From positions 600 through 64,599 of the forward strand of contig JAFSEY010000013.1 of assembly GCA_017435485.1 (NCBI GenBank): a DNA stretch of 64,000 nt, in the 5' to 3' direction. Positions 26,991-37,293 of this stretch are shown piece after piece (position 1 is the first letter of the stretch; each line of letters begins with the position of its first letter). The position numbers and the translations under genes are program-made. Under the pieces are notes generated by a model. It saw nothing but the letters and a program-made list of their open reading frames with translations, ran no database searches and had not been told where the DNA came from. The stretch comes from Bacilli bacterium (GTDB taxonomy: Bacteria; Bacillota_I; Bacilli_A; RF39; UBA660).

Positions 26991-29042
26991 CTACTTATGA
27001 AAATTTTTAGGCATGTTTATACAATAATCAAAATATTTTCTTAAATTTTTATGACTTACATAAATAATCGTTTTATTTCGATAATATCTTTTTATATTTT
27101 TAATAATTTCTATTTCAGTTTTAATATCAACTTCACTTAAAGCTTCATCAATAATTATAAAGTTGCCGTTTTTAAGCAAATTTCTTGCTAAAATTATTTG
27201 TTGTTTTTCTCCTCCTGAAAGATTAGTAAGACTATCGGCTATATTACTTAAGAAGCGTAAAGGTTTTTTGGCAATTATTTTATCTATCAAACATATTTGG
27301 CAAACTCTTTTAAATTGTTTTTTTGATATATTGCGATGACAAATAATATTTTGATAGATAGTATCAGAATAAAGACTTTCTTTTTGATTAATAATCGTAA
27401 AATTATCTTTAATCCATTTAGCACTAATATCTTTATAATTTAATTTTCCCAACAAAATATCCCCTTGATAATTATTGATTTCTTTATATAAGCACTTTAT
27501 TAAAGTACTTTTACCACAACCAGATAAGCCATTTAAAAAATAACTTTTTCCAGTTCTTAATTTATAACTAAAGTTATTAATTATATTTGTGGTATCGTCA
27601 TAGGAAACTTGTAAATTTTTAATTTGAATATCATTATACTCAGGAACAAAAATCCTATTATCTTTTTCTTTGGGTAAATTTCTAAATTCACTAACTTTAT
27701 ATATTGAGTTTTTAAGATAATAGAATTGAGGAATAATACTTATGATGCTTTCATAAGATGTCGAAAACCAATTAATTAGAGAATTAAAGGTAATTAAATT
27801 TATTAAATCAAATTTATTTAATAATATTTGATATAGCGCATAGGTATTTAGTAATAAAAAGCCTAAGTCTTTAACAATTAATTTTAAAACTTGCTCTATA
27901 TTTATTATCCGTCTTAAATCATCATCAGTTCTAATTACTTCTGACAATTTATAATCAAGCCATAAATTTATTTGGGGCTTAATCTGTAAATTATTGATAC
28001 TAGTAGCCATTTCGATGTTTTCAATCAAACAAGTATTGTAATCTGTTTCGGTATCCATCCAACATCTAATTTTGGTGTTTACTTTATTAGCAAAAAGTAA
28101 AGAAATTATCGTGTACAATATATATGTAATTAAAATAATTAAAAATAATTTCAAATTGATTAAGGCTAACATACCAATACTAGCAATTACTAATAAAACA
28201 TCAAGTAATAAAGTAATAAACATCTCTGAAAAAAACTCTTTTATTTCTTTTAGTTCATTAACTCTAGTTATTATTTCTCCAGATGTTTTAGTTTGTAATA
28301 TATTTAAAGGAAGAAAAAAGATATGACTTACAAAATCTGATATTAAACTTTTATGAACGGTTTTATTTAACTTATTATATAATCCGTTATGCCAAAATGT
28401 AATTAAAGTTTTTAAGAGTGTAATTAATACGAATGATATAAATAAAATAAACATTAAATTTGTTTTATTGTTATGGATTAGAAAGTCACCAATTTCTAAA
28501 TAAAAGCCACTTAATAAACTAAATATCATTATTAAGAGACTTAATAAAATTATTAGAAGGTACTTTTGTTTTTCTTTGAACAAAATTTCGAAAAAGAAGT
28601 GTACTACGTTAGTTTGCATTGGATAATTTATTATTTCGTGTTTTGGTTGGAAATCTATTATTATATTGTCCCATTGTTTAAGGAATTCGGCCTGAGTTAA
28701 AACTAATTTTCCCTTAGCAGGATCCATTATAGTTAATCTATCATTTTTTATTTTATAGATTACAACAAAATGGTTAAGGCCATTTTCTAAGATTACATGA
28801 GCTATAGCTGGTAATCTTGTTATATTTTTAAAATTTTGACATTTCATCCCGTTAGCTTCAAAGCCATAAGATTTGGCTGCTTTGATTAAATGATATGCAC
28901 TAGTCCCCCGATCATCGGCATAAGTATCTAATCTTATTTTTTCTAACGGAACATTTCCATTATAATGACGTATTATACTAAGTAAACAACAAGGTCCACA
29001 ATCTTTTAAATCTCTTTGATAAACAATATCCTTTCTTTTCAT
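26991..29042 (-). CDS. bacteriocin/peptide ABC exporter with N-terminal C39 peptidase domain (ComA/LagD type)
   Basis: N-terminal QRDLKDCGPCCLLSII...HFVVIYKI (C39 Cys/His), six TM helices, Walker A GLSGCGKST, signature LSGGEKQQ, Walker B IIIDEALS. Confidence 0.9.
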   Translation of the reverse strand: MKRKDIVYQRDLKDCGPCCLLSIIRHYNGNVPLEKIRLDTYADDRGTSAYHLIKAAKSYGFEANGMKCQNFKNITRLPAIAHVILENGLNHFVVIYKIKNDRLTIMDPAKGKLVLTQAEFLKQWDNIIIDFQPKHEIINYPMQTNVVHFFFEILFKEKQKYLLIILLSLLIMIFSLLSGFYLEIGDFLIHNNKTNLMFILFISFVLITLLKTLITFWHNGLYNKLNKTVHKSLISDFVSHIFFLPLNILQTKTSGEIITRVNELKEIKEFFSEMFITLLLDVLLVIASIGMLALINLKLFLIILITYILYTIISLLFANKVNTKIRCWMDTETDYNTCLIENIEMATSINNLQIKPQINLWLDYKLSEVIRTDDDLRRIINIEQVLKLIVKDLGFLLLNTYALYQILLNKFDLINLITFNSLINWFSTSYESIISIIPQFYYLKNSIYKVSEFRNLPKEKDNRIFVPEYNDIQIKNLQVSYDDTTNIINNFSYKLRTGKSYFLNGLSGCGKSTLIKCLYKEINNYQGDILLGKLNYKDISAKWIKDNFTIINQKESLYSDTIYQNIICHRNISKKQFKRVCQICLIDKIIAKKPLRFLSNIADSLTNLSGGEKQQIILARNLLKNGNFIIIDEALSEVDIKTEIEIIKNIKRYYRNKTIIYVSHKNLRKYFDYCINMPKNFHK

Positions 29043-29129
29043 TTTTCTCCCTTCATTAGTTATATTGCCAAAAAGGGAGTTAATTTCCTTTTAAAAAACA
29101 AATCTTTTTTGAGATTTGTTTTGTTTTTT

Positions 29130-29852
29130 CTATTTTTTTCTTTTATTCAATGTTTTACTCTTTTTCCAATTTTTCATAATATCAAACTCGTCTTTATAAT
29201 TTGATAAAACATCAGGAAATGCTTTTAATAAGCGGTTTGGATACATTTTTAATTTATCAACTTTTTGTTTTAATTTATCTTCAAATAAATTTGGTAACAT
29301 ACTTAATTTTTCCTTTTTAAGTTCTTCAACAATTATTAATCTACTTCTTAAATTGTAAGCTACTATACAAGAAAAAATTGTATCAGCAAGTAGTAAAATA
29401 AGCAAAATTATAAAAATAACTATTAACCAAGTTTTAGGAATTCTTAAAACAAACTTTGATACAAATGGATGAATAAATTCTATTAATCCAACACTGCATA
29501 AACCAAATAAAAAAGCATTTAATAAACATACTCTTCCATTTATATTAAACTTATTTTGACTATAATCCCACCATTTATTATGAAATACTTTTTCTAAAAC
29601 ATAGCTTACAATATACTCTAAAACACTAGCAATTAAGGCACCAAAAATAAATAAGGCAATATAATCATGAACATATCTTTTTAAAAGAAGGATCATCCCT
29701 ATCGCTCCCATTCCATATATTGGACAAATCGGGCCACATAAAAATCCTCTATTAATTATCTTTTTATTTAAGATACTCATAAAAAACACTTCAACTATGT
29801 AACCAATAAAACTATATATAATAAAGTAAATAAATATTTCAACTAATGCCAT
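29130..29852 (-). CDS. polytopic membrane protein, first gene of the bacteriocin operon (candidate immunity/accessory protein)
   Basis: 240-aa product with about six TM helices and a basic C-terminal tail. No confident family assignment (possibly CmpB-like). Confidence 0.4.
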   Translation of the reverse strand: MALVEIFIYFIIYSFIGYIVEVFFMSILNKKIINRGFLCGPICPIYGMGAIGMILLLKRYVHDYIALFIFGALIASVLEYIVSYVLEKVFHNKWWDYSQNKFNINGRVCLLNAFLFGLCSVGLIEFIHPFVSKFVLRIPKTWLIVIFIILLILLLADTIFSCIVAYNLRSRLIIVEELKKEKLSMLPNLFEDKLKQKVDKLKMYPNRLLKAFPDVLSNYKDEFDIMKNWKKSKTLNKRKK

Positions 29853-29974
29853 AAGTAATCTCCTATAAATATTATTATACCATTAATTCGTTTTAATGTA
29901 AATTTATAAAAAAAAGCAATCTAATCTTGTGATATCCAATTTATTGTTATATAATATTTTTAGAATAAAAGAAG

Positions 29975-31261
29975 GTGTTGATTTATATGTTTCGTGAATT
30001 TGATTTTGAAAATCGTCCCATAGTTGAAATAGTTGACGAGATATTAGCTGACGCCAATAAATATGGTGCTTCAGATATTCATTTTGATCCAACACCAGAT
30101 AGTTTAAACGTTAGAATAAGGGTTGATGGAGAATTACATGATTATACTAAAGTTCCCGACGCTGTAAAAAAGAATCTTCTTACAAGAGTTAAAATTATTT
30201 CTGGTATGAATATTACCGAAACAAGATTACCTCAAGATGGTGCCATTAAAGGTAGTATAGATACATATTCAGTAGATATGCGTGTTTCTTCTCTACCCAT
30301 AGTTGACGGAGAAAAAATTGTTATAAGACTTTTAGATTATAGCAAAAGTTTAGAGGGTTTAGAAAGTCTTCAGTTTTCTGAAATTAATTTAAATAAGATA
30401 ATCAAAGCAATTAACAGTCCAAATGGAATTATACTAGTAACTGGAGCCACTGGTAGTGGTAAATCAACCACTGTTTACTCAATCTTACAAAGATTAAATG
30501 ATGTAAAAACAAATATCATTACAGTTGAAGACCCAGTAGAAATGAAGATATCCGGAATTAATCAAGTTCAGGTTATGAGCGAAATTGGCTTGACATTTTC
30601 TTCGGCTTTACGTAGTATTTTACGTCAAGACCCTGATACAATTATGATTGGTGAAATTCGTGATGATGAAACTGCGAGAATAGCCGTTCGTGCTTCCATT
30701 ACTGGACATTTAGTTCTATCAACAATCCATACTAATAATGCGCTTACTACAATTGAAAGATTACTTGATATGGAAGTAGAAAGATATTTGTTAGGCTCAG
30801 CTTTAAATACCATTATTGCTCAAAGATTAGCAAAAAGGCTATGTCCAAAATGCCGCGAAAAAACTTTTGCTAGCGTTTATGAAAAAAACATTTTTAAAAA
30901 AGTTTTAAAACAAGACATAGAATATGTTTATATACCACATGGTTGTAAAGAATGTTTCAATGGATATAAAGGTCGAATTGCTGTTCATGAAGTTTTAACT
31001 ATAGATCAGACTATTCGAGATGCAATTGTAAATAGCGTCAAAAAAGATGAATTGAGAAAGTTAGTCTATGAAGAAGGAAAAACTATTACAATGTTACAAG
31101 ATGGTTTAGAAAAAGTTGTTAATGGTTATACATCTTTTGAAGAAATAATCAATTTAATTGATATTACGGAAGATATAGATGAAAATGATGAAGATTTAAA
31201 AAGAGCTTTATTAGGAAGTTCGAATATAGAAAAAATGGATGAGAATATAGAAATTTTATAA
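29975..31261 (+). CDS. type IV pilus / competence pseudopilus assembly ATPase (GspE/PilB/ComGA family)
   Basis: Walker A VTGATGSGKSTT, Asp/His boxes, C-terminal tetracysteine (CPKC...CKEC). At 428 aa it is a short ComGA-like form. Confidence 0.9.
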   Translation: MLIYMFREFDFENRPIVEIVDEILADANKYGASDIHFDPTPDSLNVRIRVDGELHDYTKVPDAVKKNLLTRVKIISGMNITETRLPQDGAIKGSIDTYSVDMRVSSLPIVDGEKIVIRLLDYSKSLEGLESLQFSEINLNKIIKAINSPNGIILVTGATGSGKSTTVYSILQRLNDVKTNIITVEDPVEMKISGINQVQVMSEIGLTFSSALRSILRQDPDTIMIGEIRDDETARIAVRASITGHLVLSTIHTNNALTTIERLLDMEVERYLLGSALNTIIAQRLAKRLCPKCREKTFASVYEKNIFKKVLKQDIEYVYIPHGCKECFNGYKGRIAVHEVLTIDQTIRDAIVNSVKKDELRKLVYEEGKTITMLQDGLEKVVNGYTSFEEIINLIDITEDIDENDEDLKRALLGSSNIEKMDENIEIL

Positions 31262-31280
31262 TTCTATATTTTTTTTATAA

Positions 31281-31305
31281 AAAGAGAAAAATTTAATTTT
31301 CTCCT
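31281..31305. terminator. bidirectional hairpin (gagaaaa-atttaa-ttttctc) between the convergent ATPase and spoIVB genes
   Basis: 7-bp stem. A U-run follows on the minus strand (TTTTTATAAAAAAAA), while the plus-strand tail is weak. Confidence 0.45.
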
Positions 31306-32261
31306 TCTACTAACATTGTTGTAATAAATATTCCATATCCACTTAATACATCATCTACTATCACATGAGTAACTGCTCCGATTATTTTATCATTTTGTAT
31401 TATTGGACTGCCACTCATTCCTTGAACAACGCCCCCAGTTTTTTCAATTAATCGCTCATCGGTTATCGAAAAAATTAAATTTTTTATATATGCATCTTCA
31501 TTTATACTATTAATACTAATAGAAAATTTCTCTACCTTTTGATTTTCTAAAACTGTATAAATAAAGGCTTCTCCAACTTCCACTTCGTCAATTTCAGCAA
31601 CTTCTAAAGTCTCTTTTTGAGGTAACAATGCACTATAATTTCCATATATACCATACTTCGTATTTTTTTTAATATCTCCATAAATATTATTTAAATTAAA
31701 TTCGGCATTTTTACTACCCGGATTACCATTTATACTTTTATTTATAGAGGTTATTCTATTTTCGAATATTGTTCCAGTTTTAATTTCAACAATAGAATTT
31801 GTTGATTTTTCCATAATTTCATGTCCTAAAGCCCCATATATTTTAGTGTTTGGATCTATATATGTTAATGTTCCTATACCAGTTATGCTATCTTTAACAT
31901 ATAGTCCAGTCTTATATATGTTATTGTCATAAATCAAATCAATAGCAGTTTCTGATGTTTTTCCCTTTCTTGTATAAGTAACAATTATTTTTTTTTTAGA
32001 AACATTATTTTCGATTTTAGTGGTAAGTTGTTCCAAACTAGTTACGTCTTCTCCGTTTATTTTAGTTATATAATCCCCAACTCTTAGCTCACCCTTGTTA
32101 TATTTTCCATTTATTTTATAAAATCCAATTATCATTATTCCTTCACTTTTTATATCAATTCCCAAAGTTTCTCCTCCTGGTATTATATAATCCGAATACG
32201 CTAAAGTCATACCGGGAAAGATCATCATGCTGCATATAATTGCTATAATATATTTTTTCAT
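31293..32261 (-). CDS. spoIVB: SpoIVB peptidase (S55) with PDZ domain
   Basis: Signal peptide/TM, PDZ block (GDYITKINGEDV), catalytic serine GGVVQGMSGSPII. Confidence 0.8.
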   Translation of the reverse strand: MKKYIIAIICSMMIFPGMTLAYSDYIIPGGETLGIDIKSEGIMIIGFYKINGKYNKGELRVGDYITKINGEDVTSLEQLTTKIENNVSKKKIIVTYTRKGKTSETAIDLIYDNNIYKTGLYVKDSITGIGTLTYIDPNTKIYGALGHEIMEKSTNSIVEIKTGTIFENRITSINKSINGNPGSKNAEFNLNNIYGDIKKNTKYGIYGNYSALLPQKETLEVAEIDEVEVGEAFIYTVLENQKVEKFSISINSINEDAYIKNLIFSITDERLIEKTGGVVQGMSGSPIIQNDKIIGAVTHVIVDDVLSGYGIFITTMLVEGEN

Positions 32262-32319
32262 ACTATCACCTTTTTATAGTATGGCTAAAAAATAAGTATT
32301 TAAAAAGGTAATAATTGGT

Positions 32320-32547
32320 TTAATTATTACCTTTTTCAGCATTAAAGTCCTCTAATGTTCCATCATCTTTCAATATTTTATTAACGCTTTCGGTAGCGTT
32401 AGAAATTTTTTCGCTACAAATTTTAGCTAATTTCATTGCCTCAGTATACTTTTCAATTGCATTATCAAGTGGCGTTTCTCCACTTTCTAATTCCTTAACA
32501 ATATTTTCTAATTTAATTAAAGAACTTTCAAAGCTATCCTCTTTCAT
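32320..32547 (-). CDS. xseB: exodeoxyribonuclease VII small subunit
   Basis: 75-aa product, FE.SL..LE.IV..LE.G...L; coupled to xseA. Confidence 0.9.
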   Translation of the reverse strand: MKEDSFESSLIKLENIVKELESGETPLDNAIEKYTEAMKLAKICSEKISNATESVNKILKDDGTLEDFNAEKGNN

Positions 32548-33749
32548 TATAATTCCTCCTTTACCTGAATTACTTTACTAAGTATTGCATATTTCTCCAT
32601 AGATATTGTAATTTCATCATCTGTATTTAGTTTATGTGCATCTGTTACCACTTTTTGATCTTTTTTTATTATAGCATAACCTCTTTTTAAAGTACTAATT
32701 GGATTTAAAGATTCGATGTGTCGTATTAAATTATTTAATTTAATATCATTTTTGCTAATAATATTTTTATACAAAACATTGACTTTATCAATTAATTGAT
32801 CTAACTTTTGTTCTTTTATTTCGTATAAAGATAAAGGGTTTTTCAATATATATGAATTTCTAATGTTTCTTAAAGCAATAAATTTTTCGTTCACTAGATT
32901 TTTAATAGCTTTGTTCAATCTAACTTGATAATGCTTTAAAGTATTATCCATTTCTAATATTGTCGGCACAGCCATCTCGGCAGCTCCTGTTGGAGTTGGG
33001 GCTCGAAGGTCTGCTACAAAATCACTAATAGTATAATCTATTTCATGCCCTACGGCGCTGATTGTTGGAATTATACTTTCATAAATAGCTCTTGCAACAA
33101 TTTCCTCATTAAATGCCCATAAATCTTCTATTGATCCACCACCGCGCCCAATAATTAAGACATCCAAATCAAATTCTTGGGCTTTTTTAATTTGGTTAAC
33201 GATACTAGGAGCTGCGTCCTTTCCTTGAACCAAAGCCGGAAATAAAATTGTTTCACATAAAGGATATCTTCTTTTAATAGTGCTTAAGATATCTTTAATA
33301 GCTGCTCCAGTGGGAGCTGTAACAACCCCTATCCTTTGCGGATATTTAGGAATTTGTCTTTTATGTTCTTCGGCAAATAAACCTTCTTTGCTCAGTTTTT
33401 CTTTCAGTTGTTCGAATAAAACATACAAATCTCCAACACCATCTTGCTCCATTTTTTCTACATAAATTTGATATGTTCCTGAAGCTGGATAACAAGAAAT
33501 TCGTCCTGTAACTAAAACATTCATCCCATCTTCAGGAGTAAACAAAAGTTTAGTAGCGCTGCTGGCAAACATAACAGCACTTAATCTTGATTCTTCATCT
33601 TTTAAAGTAAAATAAAGATGTCCCCTAGTATGTTTTTTAAAATTAGATATTTCTCCTTTTAAATAAACCTTATTTAAAAATACATCGCTATCGATTAAAG
33701 ATTTAACATAATTATTAAGTTCACTGATTTTTAAATACTTTTCATTCAT
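32547..33749 (-). CDS. xseA: exodeoxyribonuclease VII large subunit
   Basis: 400-aa product with an OB-fold N-terminus (VKGEISNFKKH.RGHLYFTLKD) and IIGRGGGSIEDLW. Confidence 0.9.
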   Translation of the reverse strand: MNEKYLKISELNNYVKSLIDSDVFLNKVYLKGEISNFKKHTRGHLYFTLKDEESRLSAVMFASSATKLLFTPEDGMNVLVTGRISCYPASGTYQIYVEKMEQDGVGDLYVLFEQLKEKLSKEGLFAEEHKRQIPKYPQRIGVVTAPTGAAIKDILSTIKRRYPLCETILFPALVQGKDAAPSIVNQIKKAQEFDLDVLIIGRGGGSIEDLWAFNEEIVARAIYESIIPTISAVGHEIDYTISDFVADLRAPTPTGAAEMAVPTILEMDNTLKHYQVRLNKAIKNLVNEKFIALRNIRNSYILKNPLSLYEIKEQKLDQLIDKVNVLYKNIISKNDIKLNNLIRHIESLNPISTLKRGYAIIKKDQKVVTDAHKLNTDDEITISMEKYAILSKVIQVKEEL

Positions 33750-33758
33750 TTTTTATCC

Positions 33759-34157
33759 TTACAAATTCTTTTTTATCTTATCTAAAACCGCATTAATAAT
33801 ATTTTTTACTTTTTCATCACTATACTCTTTAGCTAATTCAATAGCTTCGTTAATAACAACAATTTGAGGAGTGTCTGTATACATTAATTCAAAAATTCCT
33901 ATACGTAAAATCATTGCCCCAGTTTTATCTAAACGATTAATATCCCAATCAACCATATATTTATTAGCTAGCTCATCAATTTGTTCTTTATGAGTTTCTA
34001 CCCCATATACAAGTGTCTTTACAAATTCGTTTTCTGTTTCGATATTGTCTTTCATTACTTCTTCTATATCATAGGAAACATTACTTCCTTTCAAAATATC
34101 TATTTGATATAAAATTATCATAGTTTTTTTTCTTAATTCTGATCTTGTTAAAGCCAT
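33759..34157 (-). CDS. nusB: transcription antitermination factor NusB
   Basis: The NusB fold begins at MALTRSELRKK. The 18 upstream codons in the track ORF are probably not translated. Confidence 0.85.
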   Translation of the reverse strand: MALTRSELRKKTMIILYQIDILKGSNVSYDIEEVMKDNIETENEFVKTLVYGVETHKEQIDELANKYMVDWDINRLDKTGAMILRIGIFELMYTDTPQIVVINEAIELAKEYSDEKVKNIINAVLDKIKKNL

Positions 34158-34290
34158 TTTTCTCACCTCTATAACTTTTAAAATTATAACATTATATTTT
34201 AATATATACAATTAGAAAAGCATAGATTAATTAATTTTATTGACCATATTATTAACAATAAAAAAAGCCAAGTTTTTGGTTTTTTTTATT

Positions 34291-34722
34291 TTATCTTATG
34301 TTCCTTAAATATGTTGTAAGCTCTCTTTTTTTATCATTTGCCTCTTGGCGTTTATTAGAATATGCTGCTTGAGCTCTATCTCGAGAAGAACGGGCCATAT
34401 TTCTTTCGCTTACTGAAGAATCGGGATTGCTCATTACACTTCTATAATAACCGTTAGCCATTTCATATTCATTTTTTAACTTTTCAACATTGTAATATAT
34501 AGCATTAAATTCATCATAACATTTTTTAGCACTTTCTAAATTAGTAATACAATATCCTACAGCTGTAATAGTTTTTTGGGACATATAACTTCTACCATCT
34601 TTTAAAGATGCGAATTCATCACTAAATTTTATTTTAGCGTTTCCACTCCAAATGCTTTCTTGCCCATAGCCAAGGTCAAAATTATTAAGCGTTGTTTTTA
34701 TCTTTTCAACTAAACTTTTCAT
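34291..34722 (-). CDS. WXG-motif helical protein (143 aa), last gene of the WXG/M23 module
   Basis: N-terminal helical hairpin with the ESIW-S-G motif placed as in WXG100/ESAT-6-like proteins. Its start overlaps the stop of the M23 gene. Confidence 0.35.
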   Translation of the reverse strand: MKSLVEKIKTTLNNFDLGYGQESIWSGNAKIKFSDEFASLKDGRSYMSQKTITAVGYCITNLESAKKCYDEFNAIYYNVEKLKNEYEMANGYYRSVMSNPDSSVSERNMARSSRDRAQAAYSNKRQEANDKKRELTTYLRNIR

Positions 34723-36071
34723 TATTGAGCCTCCTTAAACCATTCTGGATATTGATAATTAATATTATTTTCGGCCATATATTTATCATAATCTTCTGGG
34801 TTTCGATAGAAGTGACCAGATAATTCACTCGAATAGGCTTGTCTTTCAAACATAGCATCTTTTCCATATAATTTTTGCATACTTTCTTCCGTCACATAAG
34901 TATTTCCATCTTCTCTTACTTCAGTTTCTATTTCATCAATTGTATAGGTTGAACCATTAGAAACCTTAACAAAATTTTTGTTATACCTTTCATTAGGTTG
35001 TAAATGCATCTCAGTTTCGACATGACAATGATAACCATCAGAATTACCACTTTTTCCAACTTCTCCCATTACAGTATCGGTTGTAACAACTTGACCTACC
35101 TTTAAATCACTTACATCATCCATATGTCCATAACTAGTTAACATATACTCTGTTTCTCCAGTTTCAGGATTTACATGTTCTGACAAGATTGTAACATAAT
35201 AGCCCAATCCCTCATATTTATTTGTCCCTTTTTCTACAACAATTCCTGAGGCAATAGGTGTAATTGATTCTCCATGATCTGTAGATCCACCATCCAAAGA
35301 ATTCCAATCGCTTCCCCAATGTTTATCTCCATCCGAATAATATCCATTAGCATGATCTGTAATTACCATCCTTGGATTAGAAAACGGTCTTTCTAAATCA
35401 TCATACCCACCATACGTTGTTACAAATAAATCCGAAGGCACATTTTTGGGCAATTTATTATAATCAACTAAAGGTATTGCTTCTAAAGCTGCTACGCTTG
35501 TCAAGGCTGTTGGGTCAATTGTAGTATATGCTATTTTTGATGTTGTTTCTTGATTATTTCCGACGTACATTATTTCATCACCAGCACTAAGAGCAATTGC
35601 TTGTTGTGAAGTAATGGTTTGTCCATCTTTTGTTTTGAACACTTTATTCCATTCTGATCCTTCATGACCTTTGCTAATAGCTAGATTCCACAAAGTATCA
35701 CCTTTTTGAATTGTTATAGTTTCGCTACTAGGTGTTGGCGTTGCTGTTGAAGAGGCTTCTTCAATTGTTACTGGTTGACCACTTTCAAAAGCTGTAATAT
35801 TATCGCTATGATATTGCGCTTTATCTATTAATTTATTTAAAGCTTCTTGTAATTTAGTTATCTTATCTTTAGTCCTAGTCACTTTATCAGGAAAAGCAAC
35901 CGATGAACCATCTGCCAATGTGGCTAAACTTGCATATCCTGTACTATCTAACTTAGCCTTTAACTCTTCTAAATCTATTTTAGAAACATTAATAAGAATA
36001 TTTAATTTATCGCTTAAACCGTCGGTATCAATTTTATACTCTTCAGCATTTGTTTTTACATTCCAACTCAT
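34722..36071 (-). CDS. LysM-domain M23 (LytM-type) peptidoglycan endopeptidase
   Basis: LysM (TIQKGDTLWNLAISKG...), M23 motifs HWGSD, GYYVTILSEH, GKSGNSDGYHCHVE. No N-terminal signal peptide is evident. Confidence 0.8.
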   Translation of the reverse strand: MSWNVKTNAEEYKIDTDGLSDKLNILINVSKIDLEELKAKLDSTGYASLATLADGSSVAFPDKVTRTKDKITKLQEALNKLIDKAQYHSDNITAFESGQPVTIEEASSTATPTPSSETITIQKGDTLWNLAISKGHEGSEWNKVFKTKDGQTITSQQAIALSAGDEIMYVGNNQETTSKIAYTTIDPTALTSVAALEAIPLVDYNKLPKNVPSDLFVTTYGGYDDLERPFSNPRMVITDHANGYYSDGDKHWGSDWNSLDGGSTDHGESITPIASGIVVEKGTNKYEGLGYYVTILSEHVNPETGETEYMLTSYGHMDDVSDLKVGQVVTTDTVMGEVGKSGNSDGYHCHVETEMHLQPNERYNKNFVKVSNGSTYTIDEIETEVREDGNTYVTEESMQKLYGKDAMFERQAYSSELSGHFYRNPEDYDKYMAENNINYQYPEWFKEAQ

Positions 36072-36090
36072 GTTTTGTTACCTCCTTTAA

Positions 36091-37293
36091 TTATCCAGTC
36101 ATTATTTCTAGAGCTTCTTCATATGACATATCATATGGATTATCCGTGTACGTTCCTTCTGTAAACAAAATGTATTCTGCCGCCATTCTTTTTACACTAG
36201 CTTCTTCATAGTCACCTTTATTTCTATGGGAATACATTTCTGCTCGTAGGGCTTCATTTCCCCCTTCGGCGTAAGCAGCCATTGCATTTTCTGCTTGTTT
36301 TTTTCCTGTACCTGTTCGATAAACGTAACTAGTCATAGCATTTACTTGATCTTCATTCAAAGAAACATTTTGTTCATTTGCAGCATTTATCACTCTATCC
36401 TTTTTGGCGGCAACTTCCTGATGATATAGATTATCTACTGCACTTTGTTTTACATAAATTTCACCATTTTGTTCTACATATGCATTGTCACTTAAATATC
36501 TATTTCCATTATTATCTATAACTTGGACTCCGCTACTTGCCGCATATGTGCCGTTATCCTTATATGCTTTATAATATTTTTCACCATTTATTGTTGTTGT
36601 TGGTTTAGTATCTTCCAATTCTTTTAGCCAACTATCTAATTTTGGGGTCATTCCATCTTCAACTACAGTTTTATTTGAAGTTGCTTTTTTAGTAGTAGAT
36701 GAAGTTGTATTTTCTTCTACTTTTTCAGTTGCTCCTGCTATACCAGCGGTTGCAGTGGTAGCTGCGACTGTTGTTTCAGGTGCTGCTGTTGTTGGTTCTT
36801 CAGCTTGCATTAAAGATTGAGTTGCAGGTTCTGTTGTAGGTTGAGTGGTATGCTCAGTAGGAGTTTCAGACGCCTTTTGATTATTAGATTCCGTGTTTTG
36901 GGAAGCTTCAGAATTACTATTTTCTCCAGATATTGATCTTTCTATAGCTTCGTCAGTACTCAAATAGCCTTTACTAGCATCATTCAGCAAATTAGAAATT
37001 GTGGTTGCATAAGTTCTAACATTATTACTATATGTATTATAACCATTGCTTGTTGAATTTTCCGAGAAAGATGCTCCACGCTCAAAAAATGCCCTGGCAT
37101 TTTCACAATATTTTTCGGCTAACGGACCTTGCCATATTTCTCCTTCTTCAAGAGATTTAAAACAATCTTCTATCATTTTCATAAAAAATGAAATCATAGA
37201 TAAACTATCGTTAATTTGTTTTGCTTTGTCCACTAAAGCTTCAGGAGCAACTGTAAATTCGCCTACTAGATTATTATTAGTATTATTCGCCAT
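36091..37293 (-). CDS. WXG/LXG-like N-terminal domain fused via a Thr/Pro/Ala-rich linker to an uncharacterised C-terminal domain (polymorphic-effector-like)
   Basis: N-terminal helical hairpin with EIWQGPLAEKY (WxG), a low-complexity TEPATQ/TTAAP linker, and a C-terminal ~180-aa domain of unknown family. Confidence 0.4.
   Translation of the reverse strand: MANNTNNNLVGEFTVAPEALVDKAKQINDSLSMISFFMKMIEDCFKSLEEGEIWQGPLAEKYCENARAFFERGASFSENSTSNGYNTYSNNVRTYATTISNLLNDASKGYLSTDEAIERSISGENSNSEASQNTESNNQKASETPTEHTTQPTTEPATQSLMQAEEPTTAAPETTVAATTATAGIAGATEKVEENTTSSTTKKATSNKTVVEDGMTPKLDSWLKELEDTKPTTTINGEKYYKAYKDNGTYAASSGVQVIDNNGNRYLSDNAYVEQNGEIYVKQSAVDNLYHQEVAAKKDRVINAANEQNVSLNEDQVNAMTSYVYRTGTGKKQAENAMAAYAEGGNEALRAEMYSHRNKGDYEEASVKRMAAEYILFTEGTYTDNPYDMSYEEALEIMTG

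Noticed and set aside
28072-28326. 84-aa ORF antisense to the ABC transporter.
   Set aside because: Antisense artefact.
29016-29204. 62-aa plus-strand ORF spanning the ABC-transporter start and upstream gap.
   Set aside because: Phe/Leu-rich translation of an AT-rich intergenic region with no RBS.
29904-30095. 63-aa minus-strand ORF overlapping the start of the PilB-like ATPase.
   Set aside because: It overlaps the promoter and 5' end of a strongly supported gene and has no motif.
30625-30813. 62-aa ORF antisense within the ATPase gene.
   Set aside because: Antisense artefact.
33280-33465. 61-aa ORF antisense to xseA.
   Set aside because: Antisense artefact.
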